64,000 nucleotides of DNA from Eledone cirrhosa. Lineage: Eukaryota. How positions within the stretch are numbered: the first letter of the stretch is position 1; each line of letters starts with the position of its first letter. Both the position numbers and the translations under genes were made by a program. The notes beneath the pieces are model-generated. The model was not told the origin of the DNA and searched no databases. It was given only the letters and a program-made list of their open reading frames with translations. Where the stretch lies: contig OZ024741.1 of the NCBI GenBank assembly GCA_964016885.1, positions 67,270,001-67,334,000 of the forward strand, given 5' to 3'. Positions 42,801 to 59,000 of this stretch are shown in pieces.

Positions 42801-43209
42801 AAGTCGATCGACTGTAAAAAAATATATATGTATGTATAAATGTAATATTGAATTTCAATAAAGATATTTTTGCTTTTAAATGCAAAAGATACTAAACGAT
42901 TTTACAGTGACGTAATAAATATCCGTTATTATTCATTACAGATGTAAACATTAAGATGGTAATACAAAATATACCAACATTTCCTTGTAAGGTGGGAATT
43001 GTATTTTGTTATAATTTACTTTGATTTAATATCATTTTGAAATGTTTCTGAGGAAAGTGCGATATTCATATATTTGTATTTTATCGCTTATACAAATTAC
43101 ACATAACATCCTTTCAGAAATTCTATGTATAATACCGAATCTCATAATCCCCTTGAAACATGTGTAAAGAATTAAATGAGTTAAAACTAATTTTCCCATG
43201 TATGTATCT

Positions 43210-43271
<62 letters not shown>

Positions 43272-43274
43272 GTA

Positions 43275-43337
<63 letters not shown>

Positions 43338-43720
43338 GTACTTATATATATATATATATATAGTCTAATGGATTCTAACGTTATGTTATTATTGTTGGTT
43401 CACCAACTTGAACACTCAATGCGTAGGTGGGTACCTTTAAGTATAGTATGCAGTGTTATACACTTGGTGTTATACTATAGCAGCTTTCCTTTATATGCAG
43501 AGTGTAACGCTAATAATAAGTAGCAACGCGTTTTCAGACTATCATCGTTAAGCTTATTCAGACGTGACGCGCGTTTCGCAATATATCAATTCGCGTAACG
43601 AATCCAAGAGTTTGATGAGCTATTGATTCCAGAGCCAAGTCCGGTGGATACAGATCGAAGCTTGAGTTGATCAATCGCGAATAACTTAATAATTATGCTC
43701 TGACACCTGTTTCCTACATA

Positions 43721-43807
<87 letters not shown>

Positions 43808-43901
43808 GTGGAACACTGGAAGGTAATATCCGTAGTGGTAGAGCACTCAGTCCATAGAACGAGTTAGGTAGAAGTGGTTACACAACAGTTAGTTCACCAT
43901 A

Positions 43902-43941
43902 CCGAGAACAATTGTTTCAGCTTAGCGGATCCTCAGCTCGG
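43902..43941 (-). ncRNA. Minimal HHR (copy 44838-44877 on plus strand has C3 changed to G)
   Basis: ccgag-CTGAGGA-tccgctaag(c/g)t-GAAA-caattg-TT-ctcgg; palindrome ACAATTGT. Confidence 0.7.
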
Positions 43942-44093
43942 AATGGGCATGGTTATAGGAACAGAAAGCACAACCGTACAAACGCGCATGCGCAGAAACC
44001 CGGTCACTTCACACAGGCAATACTAGACTGCGTGCGAGATGCGTAAGGGAGATAACTGCGAAAGTCCGAAAAGTTTTTAGGTTGAAAATAAAA

Positions 44094-44810
44094 TTACAAA
44101 GAATCATCCGGAGCCTTGTAGTTATGCAGTAGGTGTTTGGCGACGTGTGGACAACGTGTGAAAAATTCATTTCTCGTGTTTAGGCAGTCACTATTGCGTA
44201 ATCTCTTTAGAATAGTTATTCGTTCGTCAATACATAAGCCACAAGTCGGATTTCCTGTTGTGTATGGCTTGGAATTAGTGATAGCTTTCCATTGAATGGA
44301 GTAGTCTATACTTAAGTCCTTGAGTGACCATACGTGGCTCGAGAGTTTCGTGGATGTACGTCTGTCCGGGTACCTGAAGGTAGACTGGTAGTTCAGGAAA
44401 CGTTCCTTAAATCGGCCCTCCGCCATGCCCACATAGGATTTGACCTCCTGTGGTTCGTTTGGTCGGTTGGAAGTGACCACAGCATCATAAATTACGGCTG
44501 GTGTGTTGCATTGCTGTTGACGGGAGCAAGCTTCGGGTTTACGGCAAGAGTACCCTGGTGGGGTGTTGCTCCTAGGGCTGCTGGTGATGTGGGCGTTCAT
44601 GTTCTTAGAGCAGGAGTATCCTAGTTTAACTTTGTGTCGGTTAAAGATGGAGCGGTATTTATGTCCTATGGGCAAGTGTCTATCTAAGAGGGATATGAAT
44701 TTTTTTCCTATATTGGTTTTAACGTTGAGTGAGAATGGAGGAGAGAACCAGATAGTTTGTCTATTGTTGCGCTTACTTTTCTTAATGGTGTTGTTGTTAG
44801 TGGGAGAGTA
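44094..44810 (-). pseudogene. PLE linker and GIY-YIG endonuclease fragment
   Basis: IWFSPPFSLNVKTNIGKKF; IFNRHKVKLGYSC; AVIYDAVV..SYVGMAEGRFKERF; CGLCIDER..LNTRNE..CPH. Confidence 0.85.
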
Positions 44811-44903
44811 AATCCTGTTCCTATAACCATGCCCATTCCGAGGTGAGGATCCGCTAAGGTGAAACAATTGTTCTCGGTATGGTGAACTAACTGTTGTGTA
44901 ACC

Positions 44904-47589
<2,686 letters not shown>

Positions 47590-47723
47590 CATGACTTCGT
47601 TTTCCTTTTAATGTTTTATTGTTTTCCGGGATTTATCTTAACCTACAACATTTTCAACATATGGATTACATCGAGTTCTTCATGCAGAATAGACCCCACA
47701 ACTTACTGTGGATACCTGTGTGT

Positions 47724-47785
<62 letters not shown>

Positions 47786-47812
47786 ATAAAGACAAAACTA
47801 AGACTCGTAGGA

Positions 47813-47930
47813 TGTACATTATTTTCTATAAAATTGAGTCTAATTTACATGGATAATAAAGGATATATATATATATATCCTTTATTATCCATGTAAATTA
47901 GACTCAATTTTATAGAAAAAATAATGTACA
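47813..47930. repeat. Near-perfect palindrome centred on (AT)n
   Basis: ttttctataaaattgagtctaatttacatggataataaagg-(AT)n-reverse complement. Confidence 0.85.
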
Positions 47931-48744
47931 TAGTAATTATAGGCAAAATGTAATTGAACTTGTTTCCGTTGAGGATGGAAGGTATTTACAAATTGAACCA
48001 GCTCACATGTAGTCACTCGTAGACTTAACTTTGAACAAACAGATGCCTGAGAAACAATGATTCTTCCACGATGATTCTAGCAAGAACATCAAATGTTACA
48101 GCGGTAACACGAACACAACATGGATTAAGTGAGTCAGCATACCAGGAAACTGTGACACGATACGATATAACATGCACCGATACTAGCATCGTAACAATGA
48201 ATACATTGTGTTGTACGACGCATTTAACTTCCTTTATCCATTCCATTTGTCATCCTGTATATAAATAAAAATAACTGCACGCAGCACTATAGCAAGCGTA
48301 CAATCGTACGAAAACAGCATGCACCAATTTCATGTGATTGTTTGAATATAATATATGAATAAATAAGACGTCTACAGAATTTAATGTCAAGTGAGAAATG
48401 CGGAGAGACATTCATAAACCTAGATTTGAACCATCCTTTTTATTTCTTAAACTTCTCTTTCTATTTTTCTCTCTCTTCCCTTTTCTTTCTCTTTCACAGC
48501 AAAAACAAACACTGGCATATACACGCACGCATTTATGTATATACACCATAAATCAAGATAAAAAAATTATTTAAATCTTATTACACCAAATATTACTCTA
48601 TGAATATATGGGATAAAAACTAGATTTTCAGCAGCTTCTACCTTGGCCGACCGAGGTAGAAGCTGCTAAATAGTCGGTCGTCCTCTTGTCTCTGATTTTC
48701 AGCCCCATGGATTTTATCTGTTATATTCCTTTGTTATATTTTGA

Positions 48745-48802
48745 ATACCTGATGATGTCACCGGATTCATACTGAACCCAGTCATTGAAATGATCATAGT
48801 AT
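48745..48802 (+). ncRNA. Type I HHR, intact core
   Basis: atac-CTGATGA-tgtcaccgg..ccagtcatt-GAAA-tgatca-TA-gtat; palindrome ATGATCAT. Confidence 0.75.
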
Positions 48803-49500
48803 AATAAACCTTTCAAGGAGTTACACCAGTCCAGCCTCTTGTTATTTTATAATAATTAACTCCGTACTCGCACCACCAACTACACAAACGAAGACGGGTG
48901 AGTTGCATTACGTTGAGTGCTCTCCATAATATTACATCGAGGTTGACCATATGGAATGACCAGTTCTATCCGGTGGTGAACCAACAAACCTAAATATATA
49001 TATATATTAAGAGCATTTTCAAGCAAATTCAAACAAACTATCTTGTGTTGGTAGCAACATCTGACAACGATTATTTTTAAAGCGAATAACACGCATATAT
49101 TCTAAATACCACGTGATTTTGGCTTAAAAAAATAGCCAGAGGGACGTTGAAAACCTGGAGGCTAGAAATAGCTCAACAAGAGCCTCAAAACCTAAAACGT
49201 AGCCAGAGACACGTCTGAAGTTATAGTCGAGTCAATTTCCCTTTTTCTGTTCAAAATGTAATTTTATAAACAAATAACGCTTATATGGATAAAAAAAAAA
49301 TATATTTAGGTGTCAAAAAAAAACAACAACATAGAACTCTACCTAAAGAAATTTAATTTAATTAATTAAGAGCGTAGCAACATCATATAGATGAAAATAA
49401 AATACTTCGCACAATATTCTATAAATAGCGTTATGAGTAAATGGAGTAAAAACCAGATTTCAGAGCTTCTTTCACAAAAATTGTATTTACATATAATATA

Positions 49501-49531
<31 letters not shown>

Positions 49532-49901
49532 GAGAGGGGGGGGGGGGACGTGGAAAGGGGAAGAAAATATTAGGTCGGGAGCTCCTATGGTCGAATATTT
49601 ACTTCCTAAATATACCAACCCTGCATCTCATTATACATCAAGTATTACTTTAATTAGTGTTTCTTCCAGACATAGCACGCAGCCACACTATACACACGCA
49701 CACACACATGCATACGCACGCTCACACTATATACAAAACGATTTGTTTTCCATTTCAGATAGACGCGCTCCATCATCCACTTTTCTAAAAAAAAGTGTAT
49801 AGTACTTAAAACGCCAGCATCAATAGTTTTCCAAGATGGACCTGTTATTTTTCTCTAAAAACATGTTTTCCGATTGTTCGATCTTTCTAATTTCTCATTC
49901 T

Positions 49902-49950
49902 TTCTTCTGATGAAGGACTAGCTTAGGACTAGCGTCCGAAACGTTAATAT
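49902..49950 (+). ncRNA. Minimal HHR-like motif with eroded helix I
   Basis: CTGATGA-a ggac tag..ctagc gtcc-GAAA-cgtt. Confidence 0.5.
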
Positions 49951-50030
49951 CCTCTTCCTGCCATTTAAAGCGTCGTACTAATATATTCCGTCCATATACT
50001 GTACCAATTGTGTTGTTATTTTTGTTTACC

Positions 50031-50126
<96 letters not shown>

Positions 50127-50254
50127 GCATACATACATACACACATATAGGTTATGTGGGCAGTGCGGTGCTGCCCCAACTACTCTATTTTCAACGGTTT
50201 CAACACTCAGCGTCTGTTTGGCTCTGATTATTCGTGCGTCGTTCTAATAACATT

Positions 50255-50500
50255 AATAATTGTTTCTACTTTTGGCACAAGGCAGCAATTATCCAGTACA
50301 TTACTGGTACTTTATTTTATCGACCTCGTAAGGATGAAAGGCAAAGTTAACCTCGGCGGCATTTGAACTCAGATCGTAAAGGGACGTAACTGTGCTGGAA
50401 AGCATGTCTGACCCTCTACCGATACTGCCAATTCACCATTAATAATTGTTTCTACTTTAGGCAGAAGGCCAGCAATTACCCAGTGCATTACTGGTACTTT
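50255..50500 (-). mobile_element. tRNA-derived SINE plus a partial second copy
   Basis: Same family as the 11864 cluster. Confidence 0.8.
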
Positions 50501-50781
50501 GTCCGCTGTTCGAATCCTATAATAGACAAATTTCGTTTTTATTTCTTTTTCACTATTTTTATGGACACATTTAATTTATTGAGTTTAAATCCCAACTATA
50601 TCTACTTTCTCAATATTGTGGGGAAATACAAGGACTTAAGTGACTTTATTTTATATATTTTCATTGAACATAATTCGAGTTCATTTAATGGTTAACTTTC
50701 CCTCCATTTAAATTCAAAATTGTGAGCCTAGCACCAGAAGTTAATTATATCTTATCTTCCATATTCAATTGAATTCTATCA

Positions 50782-50901
<120 letters not shown>

Positions 50902-51111
50902 CATATTTCATTTAGTTTGATTGGCCCGTTTAGCTTGCCTCGTTATTTTGCCTTAGGTGGTTGATAGGTTCTTAACCGCCATCTCAGTTTGTATGACCTT
51001 TATAACCTATGTTTATTGCTCTGGTCTCTTTTGGTCCATGGAGCGCTTGCCAACGTGACTCGGAAATTGCGTTTCGCTTATCTCTACCCGCCGAAATACG
51101 ATTCTCGCTCA

Positions 51112-51141
<30 letters not shown>

Positions 51142-51148
<7 letters not shown>

Positions 51149-51465
51149 GAATTGGTGCTCTGAAATAGCGATATATATGAATGTATATGTAGTGTATTTT
51201 GCAATACACTGTATGCTTAATTAAAAGCGTTTCGAAGACCTTACGCTATTATTTTAGAGTAGTGACAGTCTCACTTACTTTAATTTTCAGCAAACAGGGG
51301 AGATAAAGCTGACAGAGCTCTGTTTCGCACTTGTTGGTGCTTATCAAAGCTAAGTACTCCGCCTGTTTGCTGAAAATCATGAATGTTTGATTCTTATAGA
51401 ATTCTAGTAATAATCAGGAACTGATTATACAGCGCGGTTGCCGGTCAAGCAGAAATTGAAAATTA
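51142..51465 (-). mobile_element. Single diverged relative of the 310-bp unit with a U3-A8 HHR at 51307-51351
   Basis: Shares tgctctgaaatagcgatatatat, gaagacct and gcggttgccggtc..gcagaaatt; agct-TTGATAA-gcac caacaa gtgc-GAAA-cagagctctg-TC-agct. Confidence 0.8.
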
Positions 51466-51477
51466 CACTATATATAC

Positions 51478-51589
<112 letters not shown>

Positions 51590-51667
51590 AGTAATAATAA
51601 CAAATCTGACGACTAAAATATCCAATAATGATAAATATATATCAGGTATATAAGAACCGTAGATTTA

Positions 51668-51709
<42 letters not shown>

Positions 51710-52658
51710 TCCAGAAAAATTTGAATATTCTGCGTATGGAAGTTGTTAGAACAGTAAAATTCCGTCGAAGCGGTGTTGGGTAAAATATTACCCCGAAGGA
51801 CAGTGATCAGCGGCTCGATGTGATTTGACTCGAAGGAAGGAAGCGAAGATAGGATGGAGGAAATAGAATGGATGAAAGGGAACAGGTCACTAACATTAAA
51901 ATATGCTTGTCAGAGCTCAACCCCCTGCAGTTTTGACGAATTAATGAGCCGAATTAATGCGTTGAAACTGCAGGAGGTTGAGATCTGAAGGGCATATTTT
52001 AATGCTTTTGACCTGTTCACTTTCATCCATTCTATTTCCTCCTTCCTATCTTCTCTTCCTATATCACTCACTCACTCTCTGCTATCCACCCTTTCTCACT
52101 CCCACCCGTCTGACCCGTTTGAAATTCTTTTCTCGCTCACATTTCGCATGGCTTGGAAGCTTCTTTCGTCTTCTCGTCAATGATTCGCCAGATCTTATGT
52201 TCACTTGTATCACTGATTTGATATTTCACCCTTTACGTTGCCTTACCTTCTTGTTTGTTTACATGTCTTTCTTTCACCACCCAATTCTTTTTATCCCAAT
52301 AACTTTATTTAGTTATTGCTCGCGCTGGCCTGAGGTATATGATCTTTAATGCGAAGAAATACCTATGATGGCCAGAAGATCACTGATGACGGATAGTCCT
52401 GGCTTCTTACTTTATTTTTTAATCCATATGTATCACATCCGCAACAACGCAGCACGTTATTTTTCATCTCTCTCCCTCTCTCTCTCTATATATATATACT
52501 TATATATATATACTTATATATATATATGCGTGTGTGTGTATGTGTGTGTGTGTGTATGTGTGTATGTGTGTGTATGTATGTATGTGTGTGTCTGTTTGTG
52601 TATGTGTGTGTGCATACTTGTGAGTATGTATACATGAAATTATATTATATATATATAT

Positions 52659-53155
52659 ATATATTGGTAAACGGAATAGAAAATGCTGACAAATTGTTCA
52701 CAGTTGAAAAATGGTTTAATTAGGAATAAAAGAGTATTAGTGATTGTATGGGTTAGTATTCAGTTGTGGTTTTAAGTTTTTAAGTTTTTACCGGTTGCGC
52801 ATTTCTAAATGCTTTTCAAAAATAATTTTGAGATAGAGTGTCCGTGCTGTTTGCTCTGATCTGATTAGTTTTGGGAATTCTACCTGTTTTTATGTTAAAA
52901 AAGTGGCTCCAGCGTTATTTTTGTGTTGCAAAAATGCTTGTGGTCAAAACAATTTTGATTGGTCGGTAGAGGTCATGTGAATGTAAAAAGTTGATTTTGC
53001 GCCAAGACTGTTTTTATGTTAAAAAAGTGGCTCCAGCAAAAATTCTTGGTCAAAACAATTTTGATTGGTCGGTAGAGATCATGTGGATAAAAAATTGGTT
53101 TTGCGCCAAGATTGAGAAATGACTCTTTCACAACAAATATGTGTGTGTGTGTGTA

Positions 53156-53224
<69 letters not shown>

Positions 53225-53314
53225 TAGTAGTAGTAAGGTGTTCGATGCTGCGACAATGGCCAGCAGCGATGTGTGTCAAATGGCTATTAAGGTAAGTGTG
53301 TGTGTGTGTGTGTA

Positions 53315-53354
<40 letters not shown>

Positions 53355-53475
53355 CGTCTGTATGTGTATGTGTGTGTGTGTGTGTGTGTGTGTAGTAGTA
53401 GTAAGGTGTTCGATGCTGCGACAATGGCCAGCAGCGATGTGTGTCAAATGGCTATTAAGGTAAGTGTGTGTGTGT

Positions 53476-53518
<43 letters not shown>

Positions 53519-53595
53519 GCACACACACACACACACGCACTTCTCCGTATAAGACAAAAGCTGAAAAATATCTTTTGACATTCGAATGACTCTGC

Positions 53596-53690
<95 letters not shown>

Positions 53691-53761
53691 ATCTTAATAG
53701 CCATTTGACACACATCGCTGCTGGCCATTGTCGCAGCATCGAACACCTTACTACTACTACT

Positions 53762-53812
<51 letters not shown>

Positions 53813-54312
53813 TAGACACACACACACACATATTTGTTGTGAAAGAGTCATTTCTCAATCTTGGCGCAAAACCAATTTTTTATCCACATGACCTCTACCG
53901 ACCAATCAAAATTGTTTTGACCAAGAATTTTTGCTGGAGCCACTTTTTTAACATAAAAACAGTCTTGGCGCAAAATCAACTTTTTACATTCACATGACCT
54001 CTACCGACCAATCAAAATTGTTTTGACCACAAGCATTTTTGCAACACAAAAATAACGCTGGAGCCACTTTTTTAACATAAAAACAGGTAGAATTCCCAAA
54101 ACTAATCAGATCAGAGCAAACAACACGGACACTCTATCTCAAAATTATTTTTGAAAAGCATTTAGAAATGCGCAACCGGTAAAAACTTAAAAAACTTAAA
54201 ACCACAACTGAATACTAACCCATACAATCACTAATACTCTTTTATTCCTAATTAAACCATTTTTCAACTGTGAACAATTTGTCAGCATTTTCTATTCCGT
54301 TTACCAATATAT
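52659..54312. repeat. About 1.65-kb near-perfect fold-back element with an HHR-like motif in each arm (52786-52823 minus; 54148-54185 plus)
   Basis: Arms are reverse complementary around spacer 53518-53597; ttt-TTGAAAA-gcattt ag aaatgc-GCAA-ccgg-TA-aaa. Confidence 0.85.
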
Positions 54313-54342
54313 AATAACTTGTGTGTTACACCTCTATTCTTT

Positions 54343-54449
<107 letters not shown>

Positions 54450-54999
54450 GATTTTGATGATTTCCGAAAGTAATCTGAGATAGGGGGACGTGGAACTATG
54501 TAGTAACAATGTCTCGGTCTACACTATTCAACATTTTCTTTTATAAAGACCTTATGATGATTGAAGCAGAGTTGACTGCAATTTCTAGAAATGTGGGTGA
54601 TTATGAAGAAAAAGACCTAGATTGCTCATGAAGGCGTTGGTTTGACAAAAATGCACATTACCTAAAATTCTTTATTGTGCAATATTTGATGAACTGCATA
54701 TGCAGATCTACATTGAATTCAGCTTATAGAAATATTGGTAAAAATAAATACCAGCTATTTAGAGGAATATTGCCATCGAGTGCACAAATTTTCTTCTTTT
54801 TGCATTTTCGTTATTTCTGTATCATATTCAAACACTATATGTCATAGCTTCAAATAAACGGCATTCCTTTATTGATTCAACATGAAAATAATCGATATAC
54901 TTAGCCACACCTTTCAGATGATTGATTCCACATTGACACTATTCGATAATTGATTTCAGTAATGCAAAAATTAATTTTGAATCATTTCCTTTCGATAGA

Positions 55000-55227
55000 A
55001 CTTCTTCTTCTTCGTCGTCGTCGTCGTCGTCGTCATCGTCGTCATCGTCTTCTTCTTCTTCTTCGTCGTCGTCGTCTTCTTCTTCTTCTTCTTCTTCTTC
55101 TTCTTCTTCTTCTTCTTCTTCTTCTTCTTCTTCTTCTTCTTCTTCTTCTTCTTCTTCTTCTTCTTCTTCTTCTTCTTCTTCTTCTTCTTCTTCTTCTTCT
55201 TCTTCTTCTTCTTCTTCTTCTTCTTCT
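55000..55227. repeat. (CTT)n/(CGT)n microsatellite
   Basis: Direct reading. Confidence 0.95.
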
Positions 55228-55834
55228 ATACCTGTTGTTTAACCCCAGGTCAACATTGATCCAACAGAAATATCAATGGTGTTCTCAGCCTCTGCTTATG
55301 TAAGACTACGATATTTACCGTGCCCACTCATTTGGAGACTACTGTGAAATTACAAGTAGATTTCTCTACACATTCTATCAGCGCAGATATGTGTGTGTGT
55401 GATTCAGACGATGCCTTCAACCACACAGACTAAGGTTCAAGTGCACTGCGCAGCAGACTGAGTGTGTGTCATCATCTAATGATTTAGGATGGGAATATGG
55501 CAGACAGAAACAGCGCAAAAGCCCATCGTATGCACCCGTGCAGGCACACACTCACACACACACACACACACGCGCACACACTCATATATATATAGATATA
55601 CAAGAAACAGGTAAGCGATTCAAATATACCGATGCATAATCTGAATTATCCACAAATCATCATATAACTACAACTACTACTACTACTGCTACTACTACTA
55701 CTGCTATTATTACTACTACTACTGCTACTACTACTACTATTACTATTACTACTACTATATATTTTATAATATAGATATTATTTATTTTTGTATTTATTTT
55801 GTGAAAAATATATATAAATAAAATGTCACGAGTG

Positions 55835-55935
55835 CCGCGGTTAACTTTGTCTTTCATCCTTACGGGGTCGATAGATAAAGCACCAGTAATGTACTGGAGC
55901 AATTGCTGGCCTTGTGTCACAAGTAGAAACAATTA
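55835..55935 (+). mobile_element. 5'-truncated SINE (11864 family, opposite orientation)
   Basis: ggttaactttgtctttcatccttacggggtcgata..tgctggccttgtgtcacaagtagaaacaatt. Confidence 0.75.
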
Positions 55936-56076
55936 ATACTATTATTGTTGTTGTTATGATTATTATTAGTGTTAGTATTATTTATAGGCATTACGATAGT
56001 CATCAAACTGGTAATTAGGAACAATGATATTAATCAAGATGGCGACATTAATGAGGAAGATTTTGATGATGACCTT

Positions 56077-59000
56077 GGTGTTGGTGTTGGTTGTGGTAGT
56101 GGTGGTGGTTACGTTGGTGTGGGTTGTGGTAGTGGTGGTGGTTACGTTGGTGTTGGTTGTGGTAGTGGTGGTGGTTACGTTGGTGTTGGTTGTGGTAGTG
56201 GTGGTGGTTACGTTGGTGTGGGTTGTGGTAGTGGTGGTGGTTACGTTGGTGTGGGTTGTGGTAGTGGTGGTGGTTACGTTGGTGTGGGTTGTGGTAGTGG
56301 TGGTGGTTACGTTGGTGTGGGTTGTGGTAGTGGTGCTGGTTACGTTGGTGTTGGTTGTGGTAGTGGTGGTGGTTACGTTGGTGTGGGTTGTGGTAGTGGT
56401 GGTGGTTACGTTGGTGTGGGTTGTGGTAGTGGTGGTGGTTACGTTGGTGTTGGTTGTGGTAGTGGTGGTGGTTACGTTGGTGTTGGTTGTGGTAGTGGTG
56501 CTGGTTACGTTGGTGTTGGTTGTGGTAGTGGTGTTGGTTACGTTGGTGTTGGTTGTGGTAGTGGTGGTGGTTACGTTGGTGTTGGTTGTGGTAGTGGTGG
56601 TGGTTACGTTGGTGTGGGTTGTGGTAGTGGTGGTGGTTACGTTGGTGTTGGTTGTGGTAGTGGTGGTGGTTACGTTGGTGTTGGTTGTGGTAGTGGTGGT
56701 GGTTACGTTGGTGTGGGTTGTGGTAGTGGTGGTGGTTACGTTGGTGTTGGTTGTGGTAGTGGTGGTGGTTACGTTGGTGTTGGTTGTGGTAGTGGTGGTG
56801 GTTACGTTGGTGTGGGTTGTGGTAGTGGTGGTGGTTACGTTGGTGTTGGTTGTGGTAGTGGTGGTGGTTACGTTGGTGTGGGTTGTGGTAGTGGTGGTGG
56901 TTACGTTGGTGTTGGTTGTGGTAGTGGTGGTGGTTACGTTGGTGTTGGTTGTGGTAGTGGTGGTGGTTACGTTGGTGTTGGTTGTGGTAGTGGTGGTGGT
57001 TACGTTGGTGTGGGTTGTGGTAGTGGTGGTGGTTACGTTGGTGTTGGTTGTGGTAGTGGTGGTGGTTACGTTGGTGTGGGTTGTGGTAGTGGTGGTGGTT
57101 ACGTTGGTGTTGGTTGTGGTAGTGGTGGTGGTTACGTTGGTGTGGGTTGTGGTAGTGGTGGTGTTTACGTTGGTGTGGGTTGTGGTAGTGGTGGTGGTTA
57201 CGTTGGTGTTGGTTGTGGTGGTGGTGCTGGTTATGTTGGTGTTGGTTGTGGTAGTGGTGGTGGTTACGTTGGTGTGGGTTGTGGTAGTGGTGGTGGTTAC
57301 GTTGGTGTTGGTTGTGGTAGTGGTGCTGGTTATGTTGGTGTTGGTTGTGGTAGTGGTGGTGGTTATGTTGGTGTTGGTTGTGGTAGTGGTGGTGGTTACG
57401 TTGGTGTGGGTTGTAGTAGTGGTGGTGGTTACGTTGGTGTTGGTTGTGGTAGTGGTGCTGGTTATGTTGGTGTTGGTTGTGGTAGTGGTGGTATTTATGT
57501 TGGTGTTGGTTGTGGTAGTGGTGGTGGTTACGTTGGTGTTGGTTGTGGTAGTGGTGGTGGTTACGTTGGTGTTGGTTGTGGTAGTGGTGGTGGTTACGTT
57601 GGTGTGGGTTGTGGTAGTGGTGGTGGTTACGTTGGTGTGGGTTGTAGTAATAGTAGTGGTTATGTTGGTGTTGGTTGTGGTAGTGGTGGTGGTTATGTTT
57701 GTGTTGGTTGTGGTAGTGGTGCTGGTTATGTTGGTGTTGGTTGTGGTAGTGGTGCTGGTTATGTTGGTGTTGGTTGTGGTAGTGGTGGTGGTTACGTTGG
57801 TGTTGGTTGTGGTAGTGGTGGTGGTTACGTTGGTGTGGGTTGTGGTAGTGGTGGTGGTTACGTTGGTGTGGGTTGTGGTAGTGGTGGTGGTTATGTTGGT
57901 GTTGGTTGTGGTAGTGGTGGTGGTTACGTTGGTGTGGGTTGTGGTAGTGGTGCTGGTTATGTTGGTGTTGGTTGTGGTAGTGGTGGTGGTTATGTTGGTG
58001 TTGGTTGTGTTAGTGGTGGTGGTTACGTTGGTGTTGGTTGTGGTAGTGGTGGTGGTTACGTTGGTGTGGGTTGTGGTGGTGGTGGTGGTTACGTTGGTGT
58101 GGGTTGTGGTAGTGGTGGTGGTTATGTTGGTGTGGGTTGTAGTAATAGTAGTGGTTATGTTGGTGTTGGTTGTGGTAGTGGTGGTGGTTATGTTTGTGTT
58201 GGTTGTGGTAGTGGTGCTGGTTATGTTGGTGTTGGTTGTGGTAGTGGTGCTGGTTACGTTGGTGTGGGTTGTGGTGGGGGTGATGGTTACGTTGGTGTTG
58301 GTTGTGGTAGTGGTGGTGGTTACGTTGGTGTGGGTTGTGGTAGTGGTGGTGGTTACGTTGGTGTTGGTTGTGGTAGTGGTGGTGGTTACGTTGGTGTGGG
58401 TTGTGGTAGTGGTGGTGGTAACGTTGGTGTTGGTTGTGGTAGTGGTGGTGGTTACGTTGGTGTTGGTTGTGGTAGTGGTGGTGGTTACGTTGGTGTTGGT
58501 TGTGGTAGTGGTGGTGGTTACGTTGGTGTGGGTTGTGGTAGTGGTGGTGGTTACGTTGGTGTTGGTTGTGGTAGTGGTGGTGGTTACGTTGGTGTGGGTT
58601 GTGGTAGTGGTGGTGGTTACGTTGGTGTTGGTTGTGGTAGTGGTGGTGGTTACGTTGGTGTGGGTTGTGGTAGTGGTGGTGTTTACGTTGGTGTGGGTTG
58701 TGGTAGTGGTGGTGGTTACGTTGATGTTGGTTGTGGTGGTGGTGCTGGTTATGTTGGTGTTGGTTGTGGTAGTGGTGGTGGTTACGTTGGTGTGGGTTGT
58801 GGTAGTGGTGGTGGTTACGTTGGTGTTGGTTGTGGTAGTGGTGCTGGTTATGTTGGTGTTGGTTGTGGTAGTGGTGGTGGTTATGTTGGTGTTGGTTGTG
58901 GTAGTGGTGGTGGTTACGTTGGTGTGGGTTGTAGTAGTGGTGGTGGTTACGTTGGTGTTCGTTGTGGTAGTGGTGCTGGTTATGTTGGTGGTGGTTGTGG

